Positions 21,592 through 31,170 are shown, numbered from the stretch's first letter. The stretch is 32,042 nucleotides of DNA from an uncultured Candidatus Saccharibacteria bacterium (GCA_963553645.1 CAUVPF010000001.1:1-32042); one strand, 5' to 3'. Program-made: numbers and translations. The notes: generated by a model not told the origin, from the sequence alone.

Positions 21592-22554
21592 ATGAGTGAT
21601 TCTATGATAGACAACGCCAAAGGCATGCTAACAGGATTAGCGGTTGGCGATGCATTGGGGATGGTGTGCGAATTTGAGCAGCCCAGGACATTTCCATATG
21701 TTGATGAGATGAGGGCCGGCGGGCCATTTAACCTACCAAAAGGATATTGGACAGACGACACATCAATGGCACTTTGTCTAGCCGAAAGCTTGCTCAACAA
21801 CGGAGGATATGATTCATATGACGTGATGGGCAATTTTACTCAGTGGCGCAATGAGGGATATTTAAGCTCCACTGGCTTTTGTTTTGACTGCGGCGGACAG
21901 ATTCAAGCGGCTATTCGTGATTTTGAAAGCGATAAAAGTGCTTGGGTTGCTAAAGATACTCCACGCACTGAGGCTGCTGGCAATGGCGCAATTATGCGAT
22001 TAGCTCCGGTGGTATTAGCAGCATTCAAGCATCGCTCAGAAAAAGACATCCTTGCCATGGTTCGTTTGTCGGCCAGAGAGACGCACTACTCATTTGAAGC
22101 CGAGGCCGGTGCTGAAGTTTTCGCTGCGCTGCTCATTCGAGCAATGAAAGCTAATGGCAATAAAACCAAAGTAGCAGACATTGATAATCTAAGTACCAGT
22201 AACCTGTTTGATGATATTTGGCGGCGCGTTAGACAACCACAGGAGCTGAATACCAGCGGCTATATCGTTCATAGTTTACAGGTTGCGTGGTGGGCGTTTC
22301 AAACCTACGACTCGTTCAGAGATGGCATGCTAGCTGTTGTAAACCTCGGCGGTGATTCCGATACAAATGGTGCAATCTATGGGCAGTTAGCGGGTGCATT
22401 TTATGGATATGAAGCAATCCCCATAACCTGGCGCCATGATTTATATGATGAAGCGAATATCACAAAGAAGGCTGAGTTATTATATGCGATGGATAGCTGT
22501 GAAATTTTAGTAAGTCGTTTTGAAATCGATAAGCTACCGCCCGCTCGTCAATAA
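21592..22554 (+). CDS. ADP-ribosylglycohydrolase (DraG/ARH family)
   Basis: GLAVGDALG, WTDDT, GNGAIMRLAP, TH, GGDSDTNGAIYGQLAGA motifs. Start moved to ATG 21592; promoter TTGATA-N16-TATAAT directly upstream. Confidence 0.92.
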   Translation: MSDSMIDNAKGMLTGLAVGDALGMVCEFEQPRTFPYVDEMRAGGPFNLPKGYWTDDTSMALCLAESLLNNGGYDSYDVMGNFTQWRNEGYLSSTGFCFDCGGQIQAAIRDFESDKSAWVAKDTPRTEAAGNGAIMRLAPVVLAAFKHRSEKDILAMVRLSARETHYSFEAEAGAEVFAALLIRAMKANGNKTKVADIDNLSTSNLFDDIWRRVRQPQELNTSGYIVHSLQVAWWAFQTYDSFRDGMLAVVNLGGDSDTNGAIYGQLAGAFYGYEAIPITWRHDLYDEANITKKAELLYAMDSCEILVSRFEIDKLPPARQ

Positions 22555-22584
22555 TCCGTGTAAATTACATGTATAATAAGTGCC

Positions 22585-23181
22585 ATGAAGACTACCATGA
22601 ACACCAACACCGAATACAACCCACTTTCACCCGGCCTCTTTGTCTGGATGGATGTGGAGTATACGACAACCGATGTTGATACGGCGCGGATACTCGAAGT
22701 CGCTGCGATTATTACCAACCGCCAGTTGGAGCAAATCGGCAAGCCGTTTTCTTTAACCTGCAAGCCCGATGACTTCTCTGGGCATTCTATGCCTGAATCA
22801 GTTGTCGATATGCACACGCGAAATGGTCTACTGGACGATATCTCCGCGTCAACATACAATGAGGCCGCACTCGAAAAGCAAGCGCTCAATTGGCTACAGC
22901 AAACCGCAAATGACGCTGTTTTAATTCACTGCGGCTATTATCTGCAATGCGATCGCGAGATCCTCGCAAGGCGCATGCCCGCGCTGTACGAGCGTTTGGG
23001 ATTTAGGCAACTTGACGTACGTTGCGCTGAAGAAATGGCCGATGCTTGGACGAGCCAGGGCCGATATCGACGAACCAGCCGCCACAATCATCGCGCGCTT
23101 GGCGATGTGAGGGAGGCGATTTTACTGGCTGGGAAGTACAAAGAGCGGTTTATGCCGCGAGAAATGTCACACGATGCTTAG
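22585..23181 (+). CDS. orn: Oligoribonuclease-like DEDDh 3'-5' exonuclease
   Basis: VWMDVE, ILEVAAIIT, MHTRNGLL, DR..L.R.MP, FRQLDV, HRALGDVRE. The usual GNS motif is replaced by GYY, so it is divergent. Confidence 0.78.
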   Translation: MKTTMNTNTEYNPLSPGLFVWMDVEYTTTDVDTARILEVAAIITNRQLEQIGKPFSLTCKPDDFSGHSMPESVVDMHTRNGLLDDISASTYNEAALEKQALNWLQQTANDAVLIHCGYYLQCDREILARRMPALYERLGFRQLDVRCAEEMADAWTSQGRYRRTSRHNHRALGDVREAILLAGKYKERFMPREMSHDA

Positions 23182-23213
23182 ATAAAAGATAGGCACGACC
23201 ACTGATAATTCAG

Positions 23214-23498
23214 CTAGCCAAGCTTCTCATCCCCGCTCATCTGTGCTGCAACTAAAGAATCTCGTATCTCTCGCCGAGCTGCACTGACTGCGAGATGAAT
23301 TATAGTAACATTCGCTTCTCTAAACTCATTTTCTGCCTGATAGCCAACGTCAACGTATTTTTCTGCATCAGGAAGTATACCATTAAATGCAGCACGAGCG
23401 AATTCCAACACTAATTTGTAGTCATTCTCGTTCTTCTCAGCTCGTCGGTCAAGCCGCTGGCACAGCGTCATCGATTCTCTTTCTGTCCCGTCTTTCAT
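23214..23498 (-). CDS. Hypothetical protein (helical, 94 aa)
   Basis: Strong SD AAGGAGGA and an upstream TATAAT; fills the gap between orn and typA. Confidence 0.7.
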   Translation of the reverse strand: MKDGTERESMTLCQRLDRRAEKNENDYKLVLEFARAAFNGILPDAEKYVDVGYQAENEFREANVTIIHLAVSAARREIRDSLVAAQMSGDEKLG

Positions 23499-23627
23499 GT
23501 TTCCTCCTTAAATTTTAATAGCTACACGCTCAATTATATGTGCTTTTGGTCTTGTGTCAATGAGGCTATAAAGTTATGCTATAATGACATAGAGGAAGGT
23601 CTGCGATTAACATCAGACCATATTTTT

Positions 23628-25451
23628 ATGAAGGACGCTAGCAAGATTCGAAATATTGCCATTATTGCCCACGTCGATCACGGCAAGACAACCATGGTTG
23701 ATGGGCTGCTCAAACAGTCGCGCACATTTCGCGACAACCAGGCCGAGATGAGTCAGGAACTGATCATGGATTCGGGCGATCAGGAGCACGAACGCGGTAT
23801 CACCATCACCGCCAAACAGACCTCGATTTTCTACGGTGATTATAAAATCAATATCATCGACACGCCAGGGCATGCCGATTTCTCTGGCGAAGTCGAGCGA
23901 ACGCTGCAGATGGCGGACGGTGTGCTGCTGATCGTTGATGCGCAGGAAGGGCCGATGCCACAGACGAAGTTTGTGCTTTCAAAGGCGCTGGAACTGGGAT
24001 TGAAGCCAGTGGTGGTGATTAATAAAATTGACAAGCCGGCGCGGCGAATTGCTGAGGTTGAAGATGAACTGAGTGATCTATTTTTGGAGCTGGCGACCGA
24101 TGATAGTCAACTGCATTATCCGATTTATTATGCCGTTGGGCGCGATGGCAAGGCGTGGCGAGAGATCCCTGATGACCCGAGTGAAGACGCCGATCTCACA
24201 CCGATTTTTGAAGCAATTATCAATGACATCCCGGCGCCGAGCGTCACGGCTGATGGCGGGTTTCAGATGTTGGTGACCAGCCTGCAGTACGATACCTTTC
24301 AAGGTAAATATGCCATTGGGCGGATCGCTCGCGGGTCGGTTAAGCGCGGTCTGGCGGTTAGCTTGATAAAACAGGGCGAAATATCGGGCTCAGCGCGAAT
24401 CGAGAAAGTTTTTGGCTACCGCGGACTGAACCGCGAAGAGCTTGACGAGGCGTTTGCCGGCGACATTGTGGCGCTGGTTGGCGTGAGTGAAGCGCACATT
24501 GGCGATACGATTGCTGACAAAGAACAGCCCGAAGCCCTGCCGGCGATTGCCATTGAAGCACCAACGCTGAGCATGTACCTCGGCCCAAACACCAGCCCGA
24601 TGAAAGGGCGCGAGGGCGAATTTACCACCTCGCGGCAAATTGGCGACCGGTTGCGGCGGGAGCTAGAAACCAATGTGGCACTGCGCGTCGAGGAAAACGG
24701 CATCGGCTTTACGGTGTCTGGCCGCGGCGAGCTACACCTCAGCGTTTTGATCGAGACCATGCGGCGCGAAGGCTTTGAGTTTGAAGTCGGCCGCCCGCAA
24801 GTAGTGACCATCACTGAGGACGGCGTCGAAAAAGAGCCAATTGAAGAACTGCAAATCGAGATTAGCAGCGAGTTCATCGGCGTGATTAGCCAAGAATTGG
24901 GTGCGCGCCACGCTGAAATGAAGTCGCAAGAAACCACCGCCAACGGTGCTGCCCGCATCACCTACGTGCTACCGACCAGGGCGTTGATTGGCCTGCGAAA
25001 CGTACTGTTAACCGCCACCAAAGGCACGGTGATTATGAATTCCCTGCCGCATGGCTATCAACCGCTGGGCGGTAAATTGCCAAAAACCCGCGGCGGCGTA
25101 CTCATCGCCTTTGAAGCTGGCACCACCACACCGTATGCGCTGCAGGCGGCCGAGGCTCGTGGCGAACTCTTGGTCGGACCGGGCACGGAAGTGTACGCCG
25201 GGATGATTGTCGGTATTTATAACCGCCAAGAAGACATTGAAATCAACGTCTGTAAAGCTAAGCACCTAACCAACATGCGCTCCAAATCGTCCGATGGCAC
25301 AGTGCAGCTGACGCCATTTACGCAGTTTAGCCTAGAGCAATGCATCGACTTCATCGAGGACGACGAGCTGCTGGAAGTGACACCGAAGTCTTTGCGCCTG
25401 CGTAAACGCTACCTTGATGCTAATGAGCGAAAACGTGCGGCTAGGCAATAG
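23628..25451 (+). CDS. typA: Translational GTPase TypA/BipA
   Basis: [55 protein letters not shown]. Start moved to ATG 23628 ([13 protein letters not shown]). Confidence 0.97.
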   Translation: MKDASKIRNIAIIAHVDHGKTTMVDGLLKQSRTFRDNQAEMSQELIMDSGDQEHERGITITAKQTSIFYGDYKINIIDTPGHADFSGEVERTLQMADGVLLIVDAQEGPMPQTKFVLSKALELGLKPVVVINKIDKPARRIAEVEDELSDLFLELATDDSQLHYPIYYAVGRDGKAWREIPDDPSEDADLTPIFEAIINDIPAPSVTADGGFQMLVTSLQYDTFQGKYAIGRIARGSVKRGLAVSLIKQGEISGSARIEKVFGYRGLNREELDEAFAGDIVALVGVSEAHIGDTIADKEQPEALPAIAIEAPTLSMYLGPNTSPMKGREGEFTTSRQIGDRLRRELETNVALRVEENGIGFTVSGRGELHLSVLIETMRREGFEFEVGRPQVVTITEDGVEKEPIEELQIEISSEFIGVISQELGARHAEMKSQETTANGAARITYVLPTRALIGLRNVLLTATKGTVIMNSLPHGYQPLGGKLPKTRGGVLIAFEAGTTTPYALQAAEARGELLVGPGTEVYAGMIVGIYNRQEDIEINVCKAKHLTNMRSKSSDGTVQLTPFTQFSLEQCIDFIEDDELLEVTPKSLRLRKRYLDANERKRAARQ

Positions 25452-25503
25452 CTGAAAGTAACTTTCATCAGACCACCCAGTCGCCAGGCCGCCTGATCCA
25501 ATC

Positions 25504-25534
25504 AAAAACCGCCCCCGATACTGGAGCGGTTTTT
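25504..25534. terminator. Bidirectional intrinsic terminator between convergent typA and the membrane-protein gene
   Basis: AAAAACCGC...GCGGTTTTT, with A and T tracts on either side. Confidence 0.8.
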
Positions 25535-25552
25535 CTTAGGCACTTCACGCGT

Positions 25553-26362
25553 TTAGTTGACCAATGTCTCCTTGACACGCTTTGACAAAATGAAGTACAG
25601 CGCGATTAGGGCATGTATCACGATCGAGACGACGATGCCAGCAATTAGTAGCGGTATAGAATTCGAAACCGTGCTTGAGAGGCTGTCGCCATAGAGTGAG
25701 TATGATCGATCAATTGTACTGGCAACATCACCGGCGACGGCGTAGGCTATGATACTACTGATGATCGTGAACACCGTTGAAATACCGAGGGTAATTAGTG
25801 TTATCAGTTTACCGAGGCGCTTACGCATCGCGATCATCACAATGCTGGTGATATAGCCGCCAGCCAATACTGGCGAAAAGATTAGACCAACGACGCCAGT
25901 GGCAGTTGCTAGAATCATCATCGAAGCAAAGAAGCTCCAGATATAGCCGATAGCAGCAAGGCCGAAACAAATTAAGAAAAAGATTAACCAGCCGGAAACT
26001 CCTTGGAGTGATTGTTGCATCATAACATATTGCACTGGTTGCTGCGGTTGAGCATACTGTGGTTGTTGCATCATTGGTTGAGCCGGCGCAGCAGGCTGCA
26101 TTGGTTGCTGTGGTTGTGGCTGTACTGGCTGCTGCATATATGGTTGCTGTGGCTGAGCATATTGAGCATACTGATCATACGGTTGCGGCTGTGGCTGCAC
26201 TGGCTGCTGTGGCTGAGCATACTGTGGTTGTTGCATCATTGGCTGAGCCGGCGCAGCAGGCTGCATTGGTTGCTGTACTTGTGGTTGCATTGGTTGCGGC
26301 TGCTGTGGCATCGGCGGCATCGGTGATTCTGATAGTGTTTTAGTTGTTTTCTTGGTTGCCAT
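25553..26362 (-). CDS. Membrane protein (DUF2569-like, 4 TM) with N-terminal Gln/Pro-rich low-complexity region
   Basis: GVSGWLIF at the start of the TM region and YFILSKRVKET at the C-terminus resemble DUF2569. SD AGGAG; upstream TGGTATAAT. Confidence 0.8.
   Translation of the reverse strand: MATKKTTKTLSESPMPPMPQQPQPMQPQVQQPMQPAAPAQPMMQQPQYAQPQQPVQPQPQPYDQYAQYAQPQQPYMQQPVQPQPQQPMQPAAPAQPMMQQPQYAQPQQPVQYVMMQQSLQGVSGWLIFFLICFGLAAIGYIWSFFASMMILATATGVVGLIFSPVLAGGYITSIVMIAMRKRLGKLITLITLGISTVFTIISSIIAYAVAGDVASTIDRSYSLYGDSLSSTVSNSIPLLIAGIVVSIVIHALIALYFILSKRVKETLVN
26030..26275 (-). repeat. Intragenic direct repeat, 2 x 81 nt (26195-26275 and 26030-26110)
   Basis: Both copies encode QQPMQPAAPAQPMMQQPQYAQPQQPVQ; period 165 nt; a few synonymous differences. 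Confidence 0.9.
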
Positions 26363-26431
26363 TGGTAATATCTCCTGTATTATGTATTGTTACTATGGAT
26401 TATACCATAATAACAGGCTATACTTGAGCAT

Positions 26432-28030
26432 ATGCTTCCCAAAAAAACCACAACGATTATCAAGCGTACGCTCGCTCGCACCGCCCAACGTATTGCGCCG
26501 ATCGACCGCAAAGATCCTGACGAAAAGCTCGGACAATTATTTCATGAGGTGCAGTCGCACCGCGTGTTCGCTGATGGTAAAACCTTCGTTGATCTTGTAC
26601 CACGAAAGCGAGCCACCCGCATCCTCCAAGAGTATCGCCTCGCCCAGCGCGACCCTAATTTCCGGCTGGATGAATTTGTGAAGCTGCATTTTTATGAATT
26701 TGAATCACCGATCAAAAAGGTGAGCTTTGTCCAGGCTGACTCTGCCAGGCAGCATGTCACCAGCCTCTGGCCGCTGCTCATCCGTCACGCCCACAAGTCA
26801 AAAGGTTCGCTGATTGCCCTGCCGCATGACTATGTGGTGCCGGGTGGCCGGTTTGCTGAGCAATTTTACTGGGATACCTATTTCATCATGCTGGGTTTAG
26901 TGGTGGATGGTAAGTGGAAGCTGATCGACGGCATGATGAAAAATTATGTGTACATGATTCAGCGCTTTGGCTTCATCCCGACTGCTAATCGGACATATTT
27001 TCTCAGCCGCAGCCAGCCGCCGTTTTTCGCGGCGATGGTCAAGCTCCTCGCTAGTAAGCCCGGTCGACGTGCTCCGAGCCTGACCTACCTCGAGTATTTT
27101 CCGTCGCTGCTGGCCGAATATAAATTCTGGATGAAAGGCCAGCGCAAGCTTTCGAGCATCGATTTTACAGCCACCAACCGTGTCGTGTCTATGCCTGATG
27201 GTCAAATACTCAATCGCTATTACGACGACAAGGCCACGCCACGCCCGGAAAGTCGCCGCGAAGATATCGAAACTGCTCGGAACAGCCGCTCCGCCAACAA
27301 GGCCAAGGTCTACCTCGACCTGCGGGCTGGGGCTGAGAGTGGTTGGGATTTTAGCTCGCGCTGGTTCAATGATCCGCATGACATTGAAACGATTATGACA
27401 ACCGACCTTGTGCCGGTTGATCTGAACTGTTTGTTGTATGAACTAGAGATGACGATCGCGCACTGTTATGGCGTACTACGTCAGGCACCGCTCAAGAAAC
27501 GCTTCATCCGCCTGGCCGAGCGCCGCGCCGAGAGCATCCGCCAGTACTGCTGGAACGAAGCGACCGGCTTTTTCTATGATTATAATTTCCGCACTGGTCG
27601 ACAGATGCCACACGCGACACTGGCTGGCGTCTTCCCGCTCTACAATGGCATCGCCACCAAGAAACAAGCCGAGCACGTGGCTGAAATGTTACAGCGCGAG
27701 TTTTTACGCGATGGCGGGCTGCGGATGACGCTGGTTGACAATGGCCAGCAGTGGGATGCGCCAAATGGCTGGGCGCCACTGCAGTGGGTGGCGGTTTGTG
27801 GCTTGAAGCGATACGGACTTGATGAGTTAGCGGAGGAAATTAGGACACGCTGGCTAGCTTCCACCGAACGCGTCTTTGCTGACAAGGGCAAGATGATCGA
27901 GAAATATGACGTTGACAGCGAGTCACGCATTGGCGGCGGTGGTGAGTATCCGTTGCAAGACGGCTTTGGCTGGACCAATGGCGTCTACGCGGCGCTGTAT
28001 GATCGGTTTGATGAGCGCTGCCCAAAGTAG
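26432..28030 (+). CDS. treF: Alpha,alpha-trehalase (GH37, TreF/TreA-like)
   Basis: DGKTFVD, PGGRF.E.FYWDTY, RSQPP, PRPES..ED, AESGWDFSSRW, PVDLN, QQWDAPNGWAPLQW, EKYD, GGGGEY..QDGFGWTNG. No hydrophobic signal peptide. Confidence 0.93.
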   Translation: MLPKKTTTIIKRTLARTAQRIAPIDRKDPDEKLGQLFHEVQSHRVFADGKTFVDLVPRKRATRILQEYRLAQRDPNFRLDEFVKLHFYEFESPIKKVSFVQADSARQHVTSLWPLLIRHAHKSKGSLIALPHDYVVPGGRFAEQFYWDTYFIMLGLVVDGKWKLIDGMMKNYVYMIQRFGFIPTANRTYFLSRSQPPFFAAMVKLLASKPGRRAPSLTYLEYFPSLLAEYKFWMKGQRKLSSIDFTATNRVVSMPDGQILNRYYDDKATPRPESRREDIETARNSRSANKAKVYLDLRAGAESGWDFSSRWFNDPHDIETIMTTDLVPVDLNCLLYELEMTIAHCYGVLRQAPLKKRFIRLAERRAESIRQYCWNEATGFFYDYNFRTGRQMPHATLAGVFPLYNGIATKKQAEHVAEMLQREFLRDGGLRMTLVDNGQQWDAPNGWAPLQWVAVCGLKRYGLDELAEEIRTRWLASTERVFADKGKMIEKYDVDSESRIGGGGEYPLQDGFGWTNGVYAALYDRFDERCPK

Positions 28031-28031
28031 G

Positions 28032-29210
28032 CTAATTCTTGGTCGGACGCGGGATATCTTCTGGGAGAAATCCCTTTTGGTGCTGAAAACCAGCTTGCCA
28101 TTTGTAGTCTTTGGCGTAGCCCAGATCTTTCATCAGCTTGGTGGCGGCATTGCGAAGGTGGAGCGGCACTGGCGAGTTCGGATATTGACGCGCCAAAGCG
28201 AAAGCCTCATTCATCGCATCAGTGGTCTCACGCGACTTTTGACTGCGCGCCAGGGCAATGGCACAGTGAAATAGATTGTATTTGGCTTCAGGTAACCCAA
28301 CGCGCTCCACCGCTTCAAAGGTGGCGACTGCCAGGCTCAGCGCACCATTGCCAGCCAGCCCAATGTCTTCTGAGGCGAAAATCACCATCCGCCGCGCGAT
28401 GAACTTCGGATCTTCACCAGCATCAATCATGCGCGCCAAATAATACGCCGCAGCAGCCGCATCACTGCCGCGCAGTGATTTAATAAACGCTGAGATGACG
28501 TCATAATGCGCATCGCCCTTTTTATCATAGCCAGGCAGTCGCCGCTGAGCCGCGGCCTTGACGAACTCTGGCGTGACTTTTTCACCAAAGCTCAGCGCCA
28601 ACTCCAAATTACCGAGCGCCACCCGCGCGTCGCCGTCCGCCAGTTCTGCCAGATAGTCCAGCGCTTTGGGCGACACCCGCCTGGTTTGTTTCAAAACCTT
28701 GAGCGCTCGTTTCAACACTAGTACAATTTCATCTTTGGTAAGTTGACAGAGCACCAGCACCCGCGTCCGGCTGAGCAGCGGCGTGATCACCTCAAAGCTC
28801 GGGTTCTCAGTGGTCGCGCCAATCAAAGTAATCAGCCCGCTCTCGACGTGCGGCAAGAACGCATCTTGCTGCGCCTTGTTAAAGCGGTGGATTTCATCAA
28901 CGAATAAAATCGTCCGTAGCCCCAAGTTCCAGTTTTGCCTGGCGTGTTCGATCACCTTTTTGACGTCTTTTTTGCCACTAGTGACCGCCGACAACTCGAC
29001 GAACTCTGCATTAACTTCGCGGGCAATAATCCGCGCCAGCGTCGTTTTGCCAGTCCCCGGCGGCCCCCACAAAATCAAGCTAACCGGCTCGCCGCGCCGG
29101 GCAATCTGCCGCAGCAGCTCGCCCTCGCCCAGCAAATGACTTTGTCCAATCACCTCATCCAATTTTTGTGGCCGCATCTGCTCGGCCAGGGGTTGTCGCC
29201 CGTCTATCAC
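28032..29210 (-). CDS. rarA: Replication-associated recombination protein A (AAA+ ATPase)
   Basis: PLAEQMRP, GPPGTGKTT, DEIHRFNKAQQD, GATTENPSF, YDVISAFIKSLRGSD, ASEDIG, VPLHLRNA. GTG start at 29210 overlaps the upstream TGA (GTGA). Confidence 0.96.
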   Translation of the reverse strand: MIDGRQPLAEQMRPQKLDEVIGQSHLLGEGELLRQIARRGEPVSLILWGPPGTGKTTLARIIAREVNAEFVELSAVTSGKKDVKKVIEHARQNWNLGLRTILFVDEIHRFNKAQQDAFLPHVESGLITLIGATTENPSFEVITPLLSRTRVLVLCQLTKDEIVLVLKRALKVLKQTRRVSPKALDYLAELADGDARVALGNLELALSFGEKVTPEFVKAAAQRRLPGYDKKGDAHYDVISAFIKSLRGSDAAAAAYYLARMIDAGEDPKFIARRMVIFASEDIGLAGNGALSLAVATFEAVERVGLPEAKYNLFHCAIALARSQKSRETTDAMNEAFALARQYPNSPVPLHLRNAATKLMKDLGYAKDYKWQAGFQHQKGFLPEDIPRPTKN

Positions 29211-30049
29211 CACCTGGCATCCTCTCGCGGATGATACTGTGAAAAGCGCGAGAAACAATCGGCCGGTCGCCGCCCGAGCGGTTTTGTCTGCAGACGTAAC
29301 CCTCGATCAATCTGCTGAGCGCTTTCACAGACGATAGTAAACTCCGGCGAGGTCACGTATTCTCGCCATGTCATTCCATCTAGCGGTGCACACTGATCAA
29401 GTATTGCAAGTGTCGTTTGATGTACGCTGTCTGCCTCTGATTGACCATCCTTGCGACGAGACCCACGCTGCCCGGCTGCCGTCATTTCCGGCGGTAACGC
29501 ACAGCCAGCCCAGTGTAAAACCCACGCTGCTGCTCCATTGACCAGACCAGCACCACCAGAACAGTGACTGGTCAGTCGCACAAGTGCCGCATGACGTTCC
29601 GCCTCATCAGTGGTGAGCGGTACGACTAGTGTACGACCGGCCTTAATCGCCATCTCATATATCAATCGCTTTTGGTCGAGCTCACCGAACAGATTATCTA
29701 GCTGCCTGCTGCTATCTTTGATACTATCGACCAGTGGCGGCAGGTTACCAACTGCCTCCCTAAGAAGCTCAGGCTCGCGCTCACTATACTCACGCGATCG
29801 GATAGCTCGAGATATCTGGCACAACCCCCCTATCGCCACCGCTATACCACCAAAAAATGTCGCCTGCTGACCAGCTTCTGGTAACACATTATGCCACACT
29901 TCACCCGATAGGGCTGTCAACATGCCGGCGACTACACCAATATTACCGACAACCTCACGCCCACTGCACCCAGTCATTGCGTCACTACTACCGACGACCT
30001 CAGGTGACAGTGATCTATTTCTCCTATTTCTTTCATTCTCCGCCATCAT
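29207..30049 (-). CDS. Hypothetical membrane protein (two N-terminal hydrophobic segments)
   Basis: 280-aa ORF with TGATATAAT 6 nt before the ATG; overlaps the rarA start, consistent with translational coupling. Confidence 0.65.
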   Translation of the reverse strand: MMAENERNRRNRSLSPEVVGSSDAMTGCSGREVVGNIGVVAGMLTALSGEVWHNVLPEAGQQATFFGGIAVAIGGLCQISRAIRSREYSEREPELLREAVGNLPPLVDSIKDSSRQLDNLFGELDQKRLIYEMAIKAGRTLVVPLTTDEAERHAALVRLTSHCSGGAGLVNGAAAWVLHWAGCALPPEMTAAGQRGSRRKDGQSEADSVHQTTLAILDQCAPLDGMTWREYVTSPEFTIVCESAQQIDRGLRLQTKPLGRRPADCFSRFSQYHPREDARW

Positions 30050-30111
30050 CGTTTCATTATATCACGCCCAGAAATTCGCCTCGTCAGGGCATAGTGCGCT
30101 ATACTAGGATA

Positions 30112-31146
30112 ATGGATAGGTTACGCGTTCTCCTCATATTTGGCGGCGAGTCATCCGAGCACGAGGTCTCGATCAGTTCCGCTACTAATGTGCTAGCGGC
30201 GCTGGACACAGCACGCTACGACATCAAACTATGCTACATCGACCGTGCTGGTCAGTGGCGGCTCGTCGAGGCGATCGAGGCACGCGACCGTCCGAGCCCA
30301 CACTTAACGCCGCAGCTCGGCCAGCGGTCACTGCTCATCGACGGCGTTAACCCGCTGCCGATTGACGTGATAATTCCGGTGCTCCACGGCAAAAATGGCG
30401 AGGACGGCAGCGTACAGGGTCTGGCGCAGCTACTTCATATTCCCTATGTCGGCCCGAGTCTCCTTTCGGCGGCCGTCACTATGGACAAAGACATGACCAA
30501 ACGGCTGGCACTCGGCGCTCATGTCCCGGTTGTGCCGTGGAGAACGCTAGCAAGTGATGCGCCGCAACCGACCTTCGCCGAGATAGCTGATGAACTTGGT
30601 ACGCCTATTTTTATCAAGCCATCCCGCGCTGGCTCGTCCGTCGGTGTCAGCAAAGTTCACTCGGCCGAAGCATTCACCACCGCGCTTGACGAAGCCTTTC
30701 GCCACGACAACACCGTGTTGATCGAACAAGCGATCACCGCCCGCGAGATTGAGCTGGCCGTCCTCGGCTACGGCACATCTGCCCGCGTCAGCGTACCTGG
30801 TGAGATTCTTCCTGGCGAAGAGTTTTATAGCTACGATGATAAGTACAGCACCGATAGCACTTCGCGCATCGTTATCCCGGCGGACATTGACGAGTCAGTG
30901 ACGACAGAACTACAGCACCTCGCACTGGCCGCCTATCACGCGACTAGTGGGCACGGTATGGCGCGAGTTGACTTTTTCCTTGATCCGACGGGCCAGATTT
31001 TTCTCAACGAGATTAATAGCATCCCTGGCTTTACCAACATCAGTATGTATCCAAAGCTCTGGGAAGCTTCGGGTCTCAGTCCACGGGCGCTGATTGATGA
31101 GCTGATCCAGGAGGCGCTTGCCAGCCATTCTATGCGTGGCGTATAA
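30112..31146 (+). CDS. ddl: D-alanine--D-alanine ligase
   Basis: FGGESSEHEVS, LHGKNGEDGSVQG, MDK, KPSRAGSSVG, FYSYDDKY, ARVDFF, NEINSIPGFT. Start moved to ATG 30112. Confidence 0.96.
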   Translation: MDRLRVLLIFGGESSEHEVSISSATNVLAALDTARYDIKLCYIDRAGQWRLVEAIEARDRPSPHLTPQLGQRSLLIDGVNPLPIDVIIPVLHGKNGEDGSVQGLAQLLHIPYVGPSLLSAAVTMDKDMTKRLALGAHVPVVPWRTLASDAPQPTFAEIADELGTPIFIKPSRAGSSVGVSKVHSAEAFTTALDEAFRHDNTVLIEQAITAREIELAVLGYGTSARVSVPGEILPGEEFYSYDDKYSTDSTSRIVIPADIDESVTTELQHLALAAYHATSGHGMARVDFFLDPTGQIFLNEINSIPGFTNISMYPKLWEASGLSPRALIDELIQEALASHSMRGV

Positions 31147-31170
31147 TTTCCTTATAAACAGGAGGTCAAT

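Noticed and set aside
18346..23500. Integrative element or prophage at tRNA-Leu(TAG) or tRNA-Val
   Set aside because: No integrase, transposase or phage gene, and no direct-repeat copy of either tRNA 3' end was seen. Treated only as an accessory region.
23611..25485. 10-nt direct repeat CATCAGACCA on both sides of typA
   Set aside because: 10-mer matches are expected by chance in 32 kb, and typA is a core gene with no mobility signal.
26012..26343. CRISPR-like array, or the Leu/Trp/His-rich and Val/Ala-rich plus-strand ORFs
   Set aside because: The repeats are in-frame coding repeats of the minus-strand Q/P domain. There is no repeat-spacer pattern and no cas gene.
30112..31146. Van-type D-Ala-D-Lac ligase
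   Set aside because: The omega loop reads FYSYDDKY with Tyr, typical of D-Ala-D-Ala ligases, and there are no vanH/vanX neighbours.
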